Origin: Candidatus Liptonbacteria bacterium
Lineage (GTDB): Bacteria > Patescibacteriota > Minisyncoccia > UBA6257 > 2-01-FULL-56-20
Reading direction: 5' to 3'
Assembly: GCA_023244935.1 (NCBI GenBank)
Contig: JAHFLJ010000001.1
Coordinates: 13,327-77,326 of the forward strand
DNA length: 64,000 nt
This document shows, one piece after another, positions 45,232 through 54,509 of this stretch. The notes under the pieces were generated by a model that was given only the letters and a program-made list of their open reading frames with translations, searched no databases and had not been told where the DNA came from. A program made the translations under genes and the position numbers. Every line of letters starts with the position of its first letter. Position 1 is the stretch's first letter.

Positions 45232-45579
45232 ATGCCAAGAGTAAAAAGAGGAACAACCGCCAACCGAAAAAGAGCTAAGGTTTTAAAACAAACCAAAGGT
45301 TTTCGTTGGAGCAGAAAATCTAAAGAAAGAGCGGCCAAAGAAGCCCTTCTTCACGCTCAAAGCCGAATGTTCAGGGGCCGGAAAGAGAAAAAACGAACCG
45401 CCAGAAACACTTGGAGCGTTAAGATTGGAGCTGCCTGCAAAGCCGAAGGAACATCTTATAGTAAATTAATCGGCGCTCTTAAAAAAGCGGAGATTAAATT
45501 GGACAGAAAAATACTCGCCGACCTTGCCCAAAACAATCCGGAAACATTCAAAGAAATCATCAAAAAAGCCACTTCCTAG
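45232..45579 (+). CDS. rplT: 50S ribosomal protein L20
   Basis: MPRVKRGTTANRKRAKVLKQTKGFRWSRK is a conserved L20 N-terminus. Confidence 0.9.
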   Translation: MPRVKRGTTANRKRAKVLKQTKGFRWSRKSKERAAKEALLHAQSRMFRGRKEKKRTARNTWSVKIGAACKAEGTSYSKLIGALKKAEIKLDRKILADLAQNNPETFKEIIKKATS

Positions 45580-45594
45580 GAAGTGGCTTTTTCT
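45564..45594 (+). terminator. intrinsic terminator after rplT (overlaps its stop codon)
   Basis: aaaagccacttcc-tagg-aagtggcttttt. Confidence 0.7.
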
Positions 45595-46211
45595 TCGGAC
45601 TTATGTATTGCCGGTGGATGCTCGTGAGATATCGGCTTTCTTAAAACAGGATGTCGATTCTGCGCTACCGAACGAACAACTCCCGAATGTGGATGACCTC
45701 CGGGTTGAGCTCTTCTTTTCTGCGCATTTTTAATAAAATCATTTGCCAACTTTAAAACTCTTTTTGTTCCGGCATATTGCTTCCCTACTGTTTTTAGCGC
45801 GTCATGATATAAAAACCAGGCAAACCCACTATGCTCCCGAGGAGAGATAGAGACATTCGCGCTCCTAGTTTCCGCTAAATACAGAATAACCGTATCGTGT
45901 ATTCTCTCCTTACCTCGGTCAAAATAAAATTTTTCGTATGCGCGAAATCCTGGGATTATTCTTAAATCCTCTTTTCCGATTCCTGTTTCTTCTTGCGTTT
46001 CCCTAAGTGCAGTGTCCAAGCTAGTCTCCCCAAGTTCAAAATGTCCTTTTGGAAAGTTCCAATATTGTCCCCTTCTGTAAAGAAGCAAATACTTTGGCCC
46101 ATCTTCGGTTCGTCTGAAAATAACAAACCCCGCCACTATCTGCTTCTTAATAGACATCTCGCGACGCTTAGCCGGTCCCTGATTTAAGGAAAATTCTTCT
46201 TTCCCTTGCAT
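45576..46211 (-). CDS. NUDIX hydrolase
   Basis: GHFELGETSLDTALRETQEETGI is the Nudix box. An alternative start lies at ATG 46157. Confidence 0.7.
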   Translation of the reverse strand: MQGKEEFSLNQGPAKRREMSIKKQIVAGFVIFRRTEDGPKYLLLYRRGQYWNFPKGHFELGETSLDTALRETQEETGIGKEDLRIIPGFRAYEKFYFDRGKERIHDTVILYLAETRSANVSISPREHSGFAWFLYHDALKTVGKQYAGTKRVLKLANDFIKNAQKRRAQPGGHPHSGVVRSVAQNRHPVLRKPISHEHPPAIHKSEEKATS

Positions 46212-46389
46212 AGCTTAAGACTAGCAGATTGGAGGACTAAATCAAAATCACTAACGCGGGAAGCGTTAGTGCCGAGTACATTCCTTGTGCTCGGCTTATA
46301 TTAACCGCGAAAGCCAATAGCGACTAGCCACTAGAAATTAGTCGTTAATTTTATTTGTATAATTCGTAGAGATTCGTAATTTCATAACA

Positions 46390-47727
46390 CTAATATTCCA
46401 ACGGCACCTCTTTCGGCGGAATTAACGACGTGTCCACCGGCAAAGTAAAGGAGAATATGCTCCCCCTGCCAAGTTCGGATTCAACCCGCATACTCCCGCC
46501 GTGCGCTCGCACAATATTTTGCGCGATATACAACCCTAAACCGGAACCTTCGGTCGCAAATTTCAAAGCATTTGAGGCGCGAAAAAATTTAACAAACAGT
46601 TTTTGAACTTCTTCCGGCGGGATTCCAATTCCGGTGTCTCTGACTGAAATTTCCACGTATGGCGCATCCGAAAGTTTTTTCGCGGAGACGATGACCTCTC
46701 CGTTTTTGACGTTGTATCTAATCGCATTATCAATCAAATTAGAAAGAACCATGGAAAGCTTTTGCGGGTCAATAGTCACCTCCGGCAGTTGTTCGGCCGG
46801 CCTGTCAAAAAGTATTTTAATTCCCAACTGACGAGCGGTCTCGCTGGCCGGCTTCAAAATTTCCTCAATGAAACCGAATAGATTCATTTTTTGGAATTGA
46901 TATCCAAATCGCCCCTCTTCGATTCGTGAAATATTTAACAAGTCCTCAACTATTTCTCGAAGTTGAATCGCTGACGCATACGCATTTTGGGCGAGAGCGC
47001 TCATTTCCGGCGAAAGTGTCGGCTCTTTGGTTATCGCTTCCAACCCCCAAACTACATGCGTAAGCGGAGTTCGAAGCTGATGCGAAGTAACCGTCACGAA
47101 TTCGGTTTTTTCTTTGGAAAGAGAAACTTCACGCGTTCTATCCCTAATTATTTTCATAAACCCGACTAAATTCCCGCTTTCGTCGGTTATCGGCGAAGTA
47201 AAAGTTCGAAGCTCCAGATAAGGGTCGTCGAAAGACAAATCGACAACCTGCGGATATTTACCGGAAGGAGACCGAGAAATCATCGATGGAGCAAGCGATG
47301 GAAAAACAACCTGAACCAATCTTCTTAAAACCGAATTTTCGGCGAGCTTCGGATCAATCTGCTTTCCAACAAAATCCGCACTCTTAAGTCCGAACAATCT
47401 TTCGGATGATCCGTTCAAAAATAACACTTTGAAATTTTGATCATATACCAAAAGCGCGTCATCCATTGTGCTAATAATGCTTTTAAGTTGATTCCGCTCA
47501 AGGCTAACTCCGGAAGTTGTCGCCCCGGCTTTAAGAATTAAATCGTAAACCAAAAAAATTGCGCCTACCGAAAAAATTGCGCCGGCTAAAGGAAAAATCC
47601 AGTTTGAAAAAACTACCCCGAGAAATCCTAAAATAATTGCCCCTACCAAAAGACCAATTGCAAAATAAAGACTTTGTTTGTTTTGTGTGGCACCATTGGC
47701 CTTGTTTTCGGGAGAAGATCCGCTCAT
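46390..47727 (-). CDS. sensor histidine kinase (TM, PAS, HisKA, HATPase_c); no cognate response regulator in the window
   Basis: TSHQLRTPLT is the H-box, followed by N, G1 and G2 boxes (DTGIGIP, GSGLGL). Confidence 0.8.
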   Translation of the reverse strand: MSGSSPENKANGATQNKQSLYFAIGLLVGAIILGFLGVVFSNWIFPLAGAIFSVGAIFLVYDLILKAGATTSGVSLERNQLKSIISTMDDALLVYDQNFKVLFLNGSSERLFGLKSADFVGKQIDPKLAENSVLRRLVQVVFPSLAPSMISRSPSGKYPQVVDLSFDDPYLELRTFTSPITDESGNLVGFMKIIRDRTREVSLSKEKTEFVTVTSHQLRTPLTHVVWGLEAITKEPTLSPEMSALAQNAYASAIQLREIVEDLLNISRIEEGRFGYQFQKMNLFGFIEEILKPASETARQLGIKILFDRPAEQLPEVTIDPQKLSMVLSNLIDNAIRYNVKNGEVIVSAKKLSDAPYVEISVRDTGIGIPPEEVQKLFVKFFRASNALKFATEGSGLGLYIAQNIVRAHGGSMRVESELGRGSIFSFTLPVDTSLIPPKEVPLEY

Positions 47728-47756
47728 ATCTTTAACTATAACATTTTTAACGGATT

Positions 47757-48647
47757 TTAAAACAAAGATTTCTGAGGATCTATAACTTCTTCTTTTTTTG
47801 CTTTTTCTTTCTGAGACAAAGAACTAAATCCCATCTTCTCGAAATATCCGGCTAAGTCCGACCCCCCTCCCAGTTTTAACTCTTCAATTTTAACATCTAT
47901 CGGAGCATCCTTTCTTAATTTTACCAACCCTCGAGAAAATTCCGCTTCCTTCCTGTTGTTTTTAACCTTCAAAACCGCCGGCCCCTCGTCTTTAGTTGTA
48001 AATATAGTGTCCAGATTTCCATATTTATTCAAAAGCGTCATTGCGGTTTTTGGGCCGACCCCGGCGACCCCTTTAATATTATCGGAAGAATCTCCAACCA
48101 ACGACTTATAGTCGGTCATCTGTTTTGGCAATATCCCAAACTTCTCTACCGTAGACTTTTCATCATATACAAAAATCTCGCTTATCCCTTTAACCGGAGT
48201 CCATAAAACAATTTTTTCCTTGTCCACCAACTGAATCCCATCTCGGTCACCGGACAGGATAACAATTTGTAAATCTTTTTCTTTTTTGAACTTCTCCACA
48301 AACGTCGCGATAAGATCATCCGCCTCGAAGCCGGCCAGCTCAAAAGTCTTTATTCCAAAAGCTTTGAATAAATTATGAGCCTCGATTAACTGAGAGATTA
48401 ATTCATTCGGAGTTTCCGGCCTCCCGGCTTTGTATTCCGCATACATCTCATCGCGATGAGTCGGCTCCGGTCGGTCAAAAAGAGCCGCGACATATTCCGG
48501 ATTTTCTTCTTTTATTAATCTTGAAAGCATCCGCGACAATCCATAGATCGCCTGACTTGGTAATCCGGAAGGAGTTGTTAGTGGTGGTAATGCGTGGAAG
48601 GCTCGATGGATTAAAGAATTCGCGTCTATTAAAAACAATCTTTTCAT
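47757..48647 (-). CDS. 5'-3' exonuclease (FEN/Pol I N-terminal-domain-like, standalone)
   Basis: LFLIDANSLIHRAFHAL, the SGDRDGIQL carboxylate cluster and H3TH (VGDSSDNIKGVAGVGPKTA) are present. Confidence 0.8.
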   Translation of the reverse strand: MKRLFLIDANSLIHRAFHALPPLTTPSGLPSQAIYGLSRMLSRLIKEENPEYVAALFDRPEPTHRDEMYAEYKAGRPETPNELISQLIEAHNLFKAFGIKTFELAGFEADDLIATFVEKFKKEKDLQIVILSGDRDGIQLVDKEKIVLWTPVKGISEIFVYDEKSTVEKFGILPKQMTDYKSLVGDSSDNIKGVAGVGPKTAMTLLNKYGNLDTIFTTKDEGPAVLKVKNNRKEAEFSRGLVKLRKDAPIDVKIEELKLGGGSDLAGYFEKMGFSSLSQKEKAKKEEVIDPQKSLF

Positions 48648-49090
48648 TTTTTAATTTCTATAATCCTCTCGTTCTCTTTTTTTCCGTGAGAAAATTTTAT
48701 CCAAATAGCATCTTTCGGAATCGCCTTTTTTATATTCCCGGCCCACTCCACGATTGTCAGCGACGCGGGAGTCTTTAACATTTCGAAAAAACCTATACCG
48801 AATAATTCCTCTTCCTTCTTTAGTCTGTAAGCATCCATATGAAAAACGTTTTTTATTACTTTATTAGCCGTTTTCTTTTTCCTAACAATAATAAAGGTTG
48901 GACTAAGCGCGGATCCTTTGATTTTAAGCGCCGAGAATATTCCCTTCACAAAAGTTGTTTTCCCGGCGCCGAGGTCGCCCTCCAACGCCAAAACCACCGA
49001 TTCTTTATTCTTCAAAAATGAAATCAGGCCGGAAATAAATTTTTTGGCGACCAACTCCGTGTCTTTACTTGAACCGGTTTTTATTTTCAC
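48644..49090 (-). CDS. tsaE: tRNA threonylcarbamoyladenosine biosynthesis ATPase TsaE
   Basis: The LEGDLGAGKTTFVKG P-loop in a ~150-aa protein. It overlaps the upstream gene by 4 nt. Confidence 0.8.
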   Translation of the reverse strand: MKIKTGSSKDTELVAKKFISGLISFLKNKESVVLALEGDLGAGKTTFVKGIFSALKIKGSALSPTFIIVRKKKTANKVIKNVFHMDAYRLKKEEELFGIGFFEMLKTPASLTIVEWAGNIKKAIPKDAIWIKFSHGKKENERIIEIKK

Positions 49091-49095
49091 AAAAG

Positions 49096-49614
49096 TTAAG
49101 GAAGTTTATAATCTATTGATTCAAATTGCCAAACCGGAGACCCTTCGTATCCGGGGACTTTTCTAAACTCCATATCAATAGGGTTGGAAATCTTGAAACT
49201 GTCACCCTCCGGACGGATTCCTTTATATTCTTTTTCCGACACTCTCAAAACTTCTACAAATTTCCGCATATTTGGCTCGGAAATATCTTTAAGTTTTTCA
49301 AGGTGAGCCATTCGAGTTTCCCGAGTAAAAAATGTGCTGGCGAGCGGATACTGTTGAGACTCTAAAAATTCATAATACATATAAATTGTCCCCGCCGGAG
49401 TGTCTGCTCCGTAATTCGCTTTTGTGTTACGAATGTAGGCCATGTCCTCTACGACTTTGAGTTTCGCCAGTAGTTCTTCTTGATACGCCGTTTTTTTGGC
49501 TTCCGAATAAGAGAAATAAACAAATATCGAACCTAAAATAACCAGATACGCGCAAACCGTCCAAAAAAACGCCTCCAAAACCCACTGCAAATTAATTTTT
49601 TTAATGTTTTTCAT
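49096..49614 (-). CDS. hypothetical membrane-anchored protein (172 aa)
   Basis: A single N-terminal TM. An extended -10 (TGGTAATAT on the minus strand) lies ~15 nt upstream of the start. Confidence 0.35.
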   Translation of the reverse strand: MKNIKKINLQWVLEAFFWTVCAYLVILGSIFVYFSYSEAKKTAYQEELLAKLKVVEDMAYIRNTKANYGADTPAGTIYMYYEFLESQQYPLASTFFTRETRMAHLEKLKDISEPNMRKFVEVLRVSEKEYKGIRPEGDSFKISNPIDMEFRKVPGYEGSPVWQFESIDYKLP

Positions 49615-49638
49615 TCTTTCTGTATATTACCACAAAAA

Positions 49639-50643
49639 TTAAAGCAATTCCCCCGGACGACGTTTTTTAAGGTGGTCGTAGGCCGGAGCCAACACTACCC
49701 TGCCTCCGGGAGTTCGTTGTAAAAATCCCAAACTCATTAAATATGGCTCATAAATATCCTCAATAACTCCACGCTCCTCGCTAAGCGCCGCCGCCAACGT
49801 GTTCACGCCAACCGGCCCGCCGTTAAATTTCTCGATCATCATCAGCAATAATTTTCGGTCATTTGGTTCCAGCCCCAGCTCATCAATTTCCAAAAGTTCC
49901 AACGCGTGCATCGCAATTTCTTCATCAATTTTACCGACCGCATTGATCTGCGCAAAATCTCTGGCTCGCTTCAACAGTCTATTTGCGATACGCGGAGTCG
50001 CGCGCGAAGCTCTGGCCAAAACCGAAAGAGAATCCTCGGTTGCGGTTACCCCTAAAATTTTAGCGGAACGCTCCAATATTTTTTTAATATCTTCCACGGA
50101 ATAATAATCTAATCTTAAAATTGCCCCGAACCTGGAACGGAGCGGATGGGATAATAAATTTTCTCGAGTTGTCGCCGCGATCAAAGTAAACGGCGGAAGA
50201 TCCAAGCTTAAAGTCCTGGCGCTCGGCCCCTTTCCGATTACCAAATGAAGCTTGCGCGACTCCATTGCCGGATAAAGAACCTCTTCAATCATCCGATTAA
50301 TTCGATGGGCCTCATCTATAAAAAGAACCTCGCCCGGCTCCAGGTTAGTTAGAATTGCCGCCATATCCCCCATTTTCTCCAAAGCTGGTCCGGAAGTTGT
50401 CCTAACGGGCACTTCCATTTCCCGAGCCACTAAATAAGCCAGGGTGGTCTTGCCAAGTCCGGCCGGTCCCGAAAAAAGAAGATGGTCCATTGATTCTCCT
50501 CGTTTTTTAGCGGCCTCGATAATAACCTTCAGATTCCTTTTAATCTTGTCCTGCCCTACATATTCATCCCAAACCGCCGGACGTAAAGCCTGATCTATTC
50601 CTAAATCGTCTGGGGAAAAACTGTTGATATTTTTAGCGTCCAT
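49639..50643 (-). CDS. ruvB: Holliday junction DNA helicase RuvB
   Basis: Walker A GPAGLGKTTLA, sensor motifs, and a C-terminal winged helix. 334 aa. Confidence 0.9.
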   Translation of the reverse strand: MDAKNINSFSPDDLGIDQALRPAVWDEYVGQDKIKRNLKVIIEAAKKRGESMDHLLFSGPAGLGKTTLAYLVAREMEVPVRTTSGPALEKMGDMAAILTNLEPGEVLFIDEAHRINRMIEEVLYPAMESRKLHLVIGKGPSARTLSLDLPPFTLIAATTRENLLSHPLRSRFGAILRLDYYSVEDIKKILERSAKILGVTATEDSLSVLARASRATPRIANRLLKRARDFAQINAVGKIDEEIAMHALELLEIDELGLEPNDRKLLLMMIEKFNGGPVGVNTLAAALSEERGVIEDIYEPYLMSLGFLQRTPGGRVVLAPAYDHLKKRRPGELL

Positions 50644-50713
50644 TTGACTTGTATTTTATATTTCTATGTTATAATGTGAACTCCCGCCAAGCAATTGTGT
50701 CGCGCGGTAAGAC

Positions 50714-50742
50714 TTGACAAATTTATCTAGGAGTGCTATCAT
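50714..50742 (+). promoter_or_regulatory. sigma70-like promoter TTGACA-17-TATCAT driving a non-coding unit
   Basis: The -35 is at 50714-50719 and the -10 at 50737-50742. Confidence 0.55.
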
Positions 50743-50748
50743 ATACCC

Positions 50749-50953
50749 AATCTCGAAGTGTTCATTTCAAATCTGGGGGCAGGAATTTTTCTCAGTTTTA
50801 GGATGGTTTGGCTTCGGCGAAACCTCTCCTCGGTTTAATTCTATCCTCTTTCCGTTTTACGCGAAAGAGAACCAAATCCATTTATGGACGTCCCCAGGTT
50901 TGAGTTGATCACTTCTCATCCGGACACTGCATGCAGTGTCCGGGTTTTGTTTT
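50749..50953 (+). ncRNA. candidate ~200-nt structured sRNA (6S-like closing helix) with its own promoter and terminator
   Basis: No credible ORF. The 5' cgaagtg...ttcaaatctgggg pairs with the 3' ccccaggtttga...cacttct (6 + 12 bp). The terminator is ccggacactgca-tgcagtgtccgg + gttttgtttt (50920-50953). Confidence 0.4.
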
Positions 50954-50989
50954 ACATATTCATTCGTAAAATTCCTGCCGATAGGCAGG

Positions 50990-51096
50990 GTCATTCTGAG
51001 CCCGCGAAGAATCTAAATTAGATCCTTCCCTGCGTTCAGGATGACAGAAAAAAGAATTCAAAAAACTGGATTGTCCAAGCAAGTTGGACAATGACA
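50990..51096. repeat. 107-bp dispersed repeat unit, copy B
   Basis: ~95% identical to 9510-9616, preceded by the cctgccgataggcagg palindrome and followed by an ATTCGTA-rich sequence. It generates the spurious ORF 50960-51175. Confidence 0.7.
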
Positions 51097-51202
51097 AACC
51101 GAAAAGCTTCTTTCTCTTGTTCGTATTATTTTTATTATTCGTAGACATTCGTATATTAATATTGTTATGAGTCACAAGTTATAAGTTATTAGTCATAAGT
51201 TC

Positions 51203-52879
51203 CTAAATCCACGGAATCGGCCCGGTCGTCCCCTCAACTTCGTCAAAAGTAGTCATCCCGGACAAAACTTTCAAAACTCCGTCTTGTTGCATGGTCACCA
51301 TCATCTGCTTCTCCGCCAGCTTTCGGAGAGAGCGCTCGGAAACTTCGGTTAAAATAACTTCTTCCAACTCCGGCCCACCTTTGAAAAACTCGAAAATTCC
51401 TCGTCTTCCTTTATAGCCAAAACCATTACAAGTCTCACAGCCAACCGGCGCGAAAACCGTTATTTTTTCATATGGTTTTTTATCTACTCTTGCCGGAACC
51501 TTTTCCAAATATTTTTTTATCTGCTCGATTTTTTTTGCGTCCAAATCAACCGGTTTTTTACAATTGTCGCAAAGCTTCCTAACTAAGCGTTGAGCAATGA
51601 TTAAAGTAACCGCCGGACCGATGCTTGCCGGCTTTACGCCAACGTCAACAAGACGCGGGATTGCGCCGACCGCGCTATTGGTATGAAGCGTAGACAAAAC
51701 CAAATGCCCGGTTAACGCTGCTTGAATCGCAATTTCCGCAGTCTCTTGATCGCGGATTTCACCGACGAGAAGCACATCCGGGTCTTGACGCACGATTGCT
51801 CTTAATCCTCCGGCGAAAGTATACCCGGCGTCCGGATCAACTTGTGTTTGCTCAATTCCTAAAATTCTATATTCAATCGGATCTTCAACGGTAATAATTT
51901 TTGTTTCCGGGTCAACCAACTTTCGGAGGAACGCGTAAAGAGTCGTGGTTTTTCCGGAGCCGGTCGGTCCTGTATTCAAAATCAGTCCATTTGGCCTTTT
52001 TAGCTCCGCTTCCACCAGAGCCAGGTCGTCCTCTCGCAGACCGAGCTGTGGCAAGGTCACATTAATTCCCGCCGGATCCAAAATACGCATAACAATTGTT
52101 TCTCCGAATTCCGAAGGGATAAGCGAAACGCGCATTTCGATTTCTTTTTCCGGCAACCCTATTGTAAATCTTCCGTCTTGTGGCTCGGAATGAACATTTA
52201 ATTTTAATTCGCAAAGTAATTTTATTCTGGTAACCAAGCTGACATAGTTTTTTATCGGCAAATTTGCGATGTCGTGAAGTAGTCCATCCACGCGATACCT
52301 AACCCGCGCATCTTTTTCTTGAGCTTCAAAATGAACGTCAGAGGCTCTGGTGGTTAACGCTCCGGCTAAAAGTGTTTCCAAAAGACTCGACACGCTTGCG
52401 GATTTATAATCAAAGGTTGCCAGGGTCTGTTGAACCATCTGAAAAGTCTTAAACTTTTGCATATCCTCAGCGAATCTCACCGCGTCGATATTTATTCCGC
52501 CGGTAATTGACTCTTTCCCTTTAGAAACAAATTTATAAAATTCCAGGGCTTGTTTAACCGCCGACAAAGAGACTACGAACGGCTTAATTTTATATCCCTT
52601 TTCTTCCAAATAGGTAATCGCTTTTTGCGCCTCTTCGGTTGTTGGGTCATAAAAAATTACCGCTAAGTCTTTATTATTTAATTGTATGCCAACTCCCAAA
52701 GCCTTCCTTGCTTCCTCTTCCGGAAGCAAAGCAACCGCCTCAATCGAAATCGGAGTTTTCCCTAGGTCAGCGTAAGTCAACTTAAGTCTCTCGGCGCGAC
52801 GCTTCGCTTCCCGCTCCTCTCCGGCGCGCCTAATTGCTTCTAATTTATTCGTTAACTCACCTTGGGGTGTAAGGTTCAT
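51203..52879 (-). CDS. pilB: type II/IV secretion system ATPase (PilB/GspE family)
   Basis: Walker A GPTGSGKTTT, Asp box, Walker B and His box, a tetracysteine motif CDNC...CETC, and an N-terminal GSPII-like domain. Confidence 0.85.
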   Translation of the reverse strand: MNLTPQGELTNKLEAIRRAGEEREAKRRAERLKLTYADLGKTPISIEAVALLPEEEARKALGVGIQLNNKDLAVIFYDPTTEEAQKAITYLEEKGYKIKPFVVSLSAVKQALEFYKFVSKGKESITGGINIDAVRFAEDMQKFKTFQMVQQTLATFDYKSASVSSLLETLLAGALTTRASDVHFEAQEKDARVRYRVDGLLHDIANLPIKNYVSLVTRIKLLCELKLNVHSEPQDGRFTIGLPEKEIEMRVSLIPSEFGETIVMRILDPAGINVTLPQLGLREDDLALVEAELKRPNGLILNTGPTGSGKTTTLYAFLRKLVDPETKIITVEDPIEYRILGIEQTQVDPDAGYTFAGGLRAIVRQDPDVLLVGEIRDQETAEIAIQAALTGHLVLSTLHTNSAVGAIPRLVDVGVKPASIGPAVTLIIAQRLVRKLCDNCKKPVDLDAKKIEQIKKYLEKVPARVDKKPYEKITVFAPVGCETCNGFGYKGRRGIFEFFKGGPELEEVILTEVSERSLRKLAEKQMMVTMQQDGVLKVLSGMTTFDEVEGTTGPIPWI

Positions 52880-52943
52880 ATTTACTAAGTTTATATTTAA
52901 ATACTCTTCCCCGCAAAGAAGAATTTGTGTAAAGATGCTCTCT

Positions 52944-52972
52944 TTGACTTTTTTGCTATTTTATAGTATAAT
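52944..52972 (+). promoter_or_regulatory. consensus sigma70 promoter TTGACT-17-TATAAT for the 53018 gene
   Basis: TTGACT at 52944-52949 and TATAAT at 52967-52972. Confidence 0.6.
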
Positions 52973-53017
52973 ATACTCAGATATTTGAATAAAAACTGAA
53001 AGGAAAAAGGAGTCGTT

Positions 53018-53803
53018 GTGAAGCTTTTCGTTGCTCTACTTGTCGCGGTTCTCTCATTTCTCGCGACCGGATGCGGGGTGGTCATCGAGGCGACAAAGTC
53101 GTCGCTCTCGGGAATAAAAATTTCGTCCCCGGTCGTCGACCAGCTCGGCTTCCGAGCCGAATCTCACAAGCTCATCATCAAAAACCGCTCGTCTCTTACG
53201 GCGGGAATCATTATCAACGGGTACAACTCCAAATTGGAGTTGTACCCCAACGAGGACTTGGTCTTTACCAGCTCGTGGGAGCCGTTCGTCAATGCCGAAA
53301 TGACCATCGTCCTCGTTTTTCGCGAAACCGACGGTTCATACGGCGGCTACGCGGAGAAGACTTTCAATTCGGGCAGCTTTGCCCAGTCGGAAGCGTGGAC
53401 ACTCTTCGCCTCCGACATCACCTGCTATGGTCAACGACTCGCGGAGTCGGACGATGCCCCCGAATTCGAACCGAGAGTTAGGCAGTTTCGCCTTCCTCGC
53501 GAGTGGTTCAATGGGACAAGCTTCTTCGGGATGATTAATGACACGCAAGGAGAGTTGCGCGTCACCACCAACGGATCCGTCCGCACCGAAACCCTCGCAC
53601 CCGGCGAAGTCTACACGGTTCGGACAAGAGACTGGTCATCGTCTTCTCGTTGGGGAAACCGCCAACCTGTGATCATCCAGCTCGAAGGCTGGGATGATGA
53701 TGGTCGATACATCGGAATTTGTGAACGACATTTCTATCCGACCTCGGACGGCGTCCGTTCACAGTTCGAGGCCGTGGCTCCCTCCTCCCTTTATCGTCGC
53801 TAG
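53018..53803 (+). CDS. hypothetical lipoprotein (GTG start), strongly GC-rich relative to the window
   Basis: The lipobox LATGC follows the signal peptide MKLFVALLVAVLSFLATGC. SD AAAGGAG lies 5-6 nt upstream. A terminator follows. GC is ~55%. Confidence 0.5.
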   Translation: MKLFVALLVAVLSFLATGCGVVIEATKSSLSGIKISSPVVDQLGFRAESHKLIIKNRSSLTAGIIINGYNSKLELYPNEDLVFTSSWEPFVNAEMTIVLVFRETDGSYGGYAEKTFNSGSFAQSEAWTLFASDITCYGQRLAESDDAPEFEPRVRQFRLPREWFNGTSFFGMINDTQGELRVTTNGSVRTETLAPGEVYTVRTRDWSSSSRWGNRQPVIIQLEGWDDDGRYIGICERHFYPTSDGVRSQFEAVAPSSLYRR

Positions 53804-53824
53804 CCTTTGTCTCCATTAATCACC

Positions 53825-53853
53825 GCCGCCCGAAAGGGCGGCTTTTCACTTTT
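53825..53853 (+). terminator. intrinsic terminator
   Basis: gccgccc-gaaa-gggcggc followed by ttttcactttt. Confidence 0.7.
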
Positions 53854-53972
53854 ACGGATAAATTCCTTAAAAATGACCCTTCGTAGCCACGCGCTACGGG
53901 GCGAAGTAGAGTTCCGCGAAGTCGCGGCTAGTTATTAGTGATAAGTAATTAGTTATAAGTTATTATTAACCC

Positions 53973-54509
53973 ATGTCAGGACACTCTCATTGGTCAGGAA
54001 TAAAACATCAAAAAGAAATTACCGACAAAAAACGAGGCGTGGTTTTCTCTAAACTTTTAATGGCAATTTCCGCCTCCGCGAAATCTGACCCGGATCCAAA
54101 CTTTAACCCCCGTCTCCGAAGCGCAATCGAAAAAGCGGAAGAAAACAATGTTCCCGCCGAAAATATTGCCCGAGCCATAAAACGCGCCAAAGAAAGCGCC
54201 GAAGGAGTTGAAGAACTTATTTTTGAAGGATATGGACCGGCTGGTGTCGGAATTATAATTTCGGTCATCACCTCCAACAGTAATCGCGCCATTTCTGAAA
54301 TTAAAAGTATTCTAATCAAGGCCGGAGCCCGCTGGGCAGATCCCGGAAGTGTTAAATGGGCATTTGAAACTCCTAAGTCTTTTGGCGGAGACTGGATTCC
54401 AAAGCATTTAATTCCCATTGAAGAAGAGGACGCGAAAAAATTAAGTTCTATTATTGACTCCTTAGAATCTCACGATGACGTCCAAAAAATTTTTACGAAT
54501 GCCGAATAA
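53973..54509 (+). CDS. YebC/PmpR-family DNA-binding regulator (short, 178 aa)
   Basis: MSGHSHWSGIKHQKEITDKKRGVVFSKL is a conserved YebC N-terminus. It is shorter than the usual ~240 aa. Confidence 0.75.
   Translation: MSGHSHWSGIKHQKEITDKKRGVVFSKLLMAISASAKSDPDPNFNPRLRSAIEKAEENNVPAENIARAIKRAKESAEGVEELIFEGYGPAGVGIIISVITSNSNRAISEIKSILIKAGARWADPGSVKWAFETPKSFGGDWIPKHLIPIEEEDAKKLSSIIDSLESHDDVQKIFTNAE

Noticed and set aside
50749-50953. RNase P RNA or SRP RNA identity for the orphan transcript.
   Set aside because: At ~200 nt it is too short for bacterial RNase P RNA and lacks GGAAAGUCCGG/P4 motifs. No SRP domain-IV consensus (GGUCCGGAAGGAAGCAGC) is present. It is left as a 6S-like/unknown sRNA candidate.
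50960-51175. 71-aa minus-strand ORF (MTHNNINIR...SLSNLLGQSSFLNSFFCHPERREGSNLDSS...).
   Set aside because: It is translated from copy B of the 107-bp dispersed repeat. The same repeat gives the N-terminal extension of the prepilin ORF. It is a repeat-derived artefact, not a gene.
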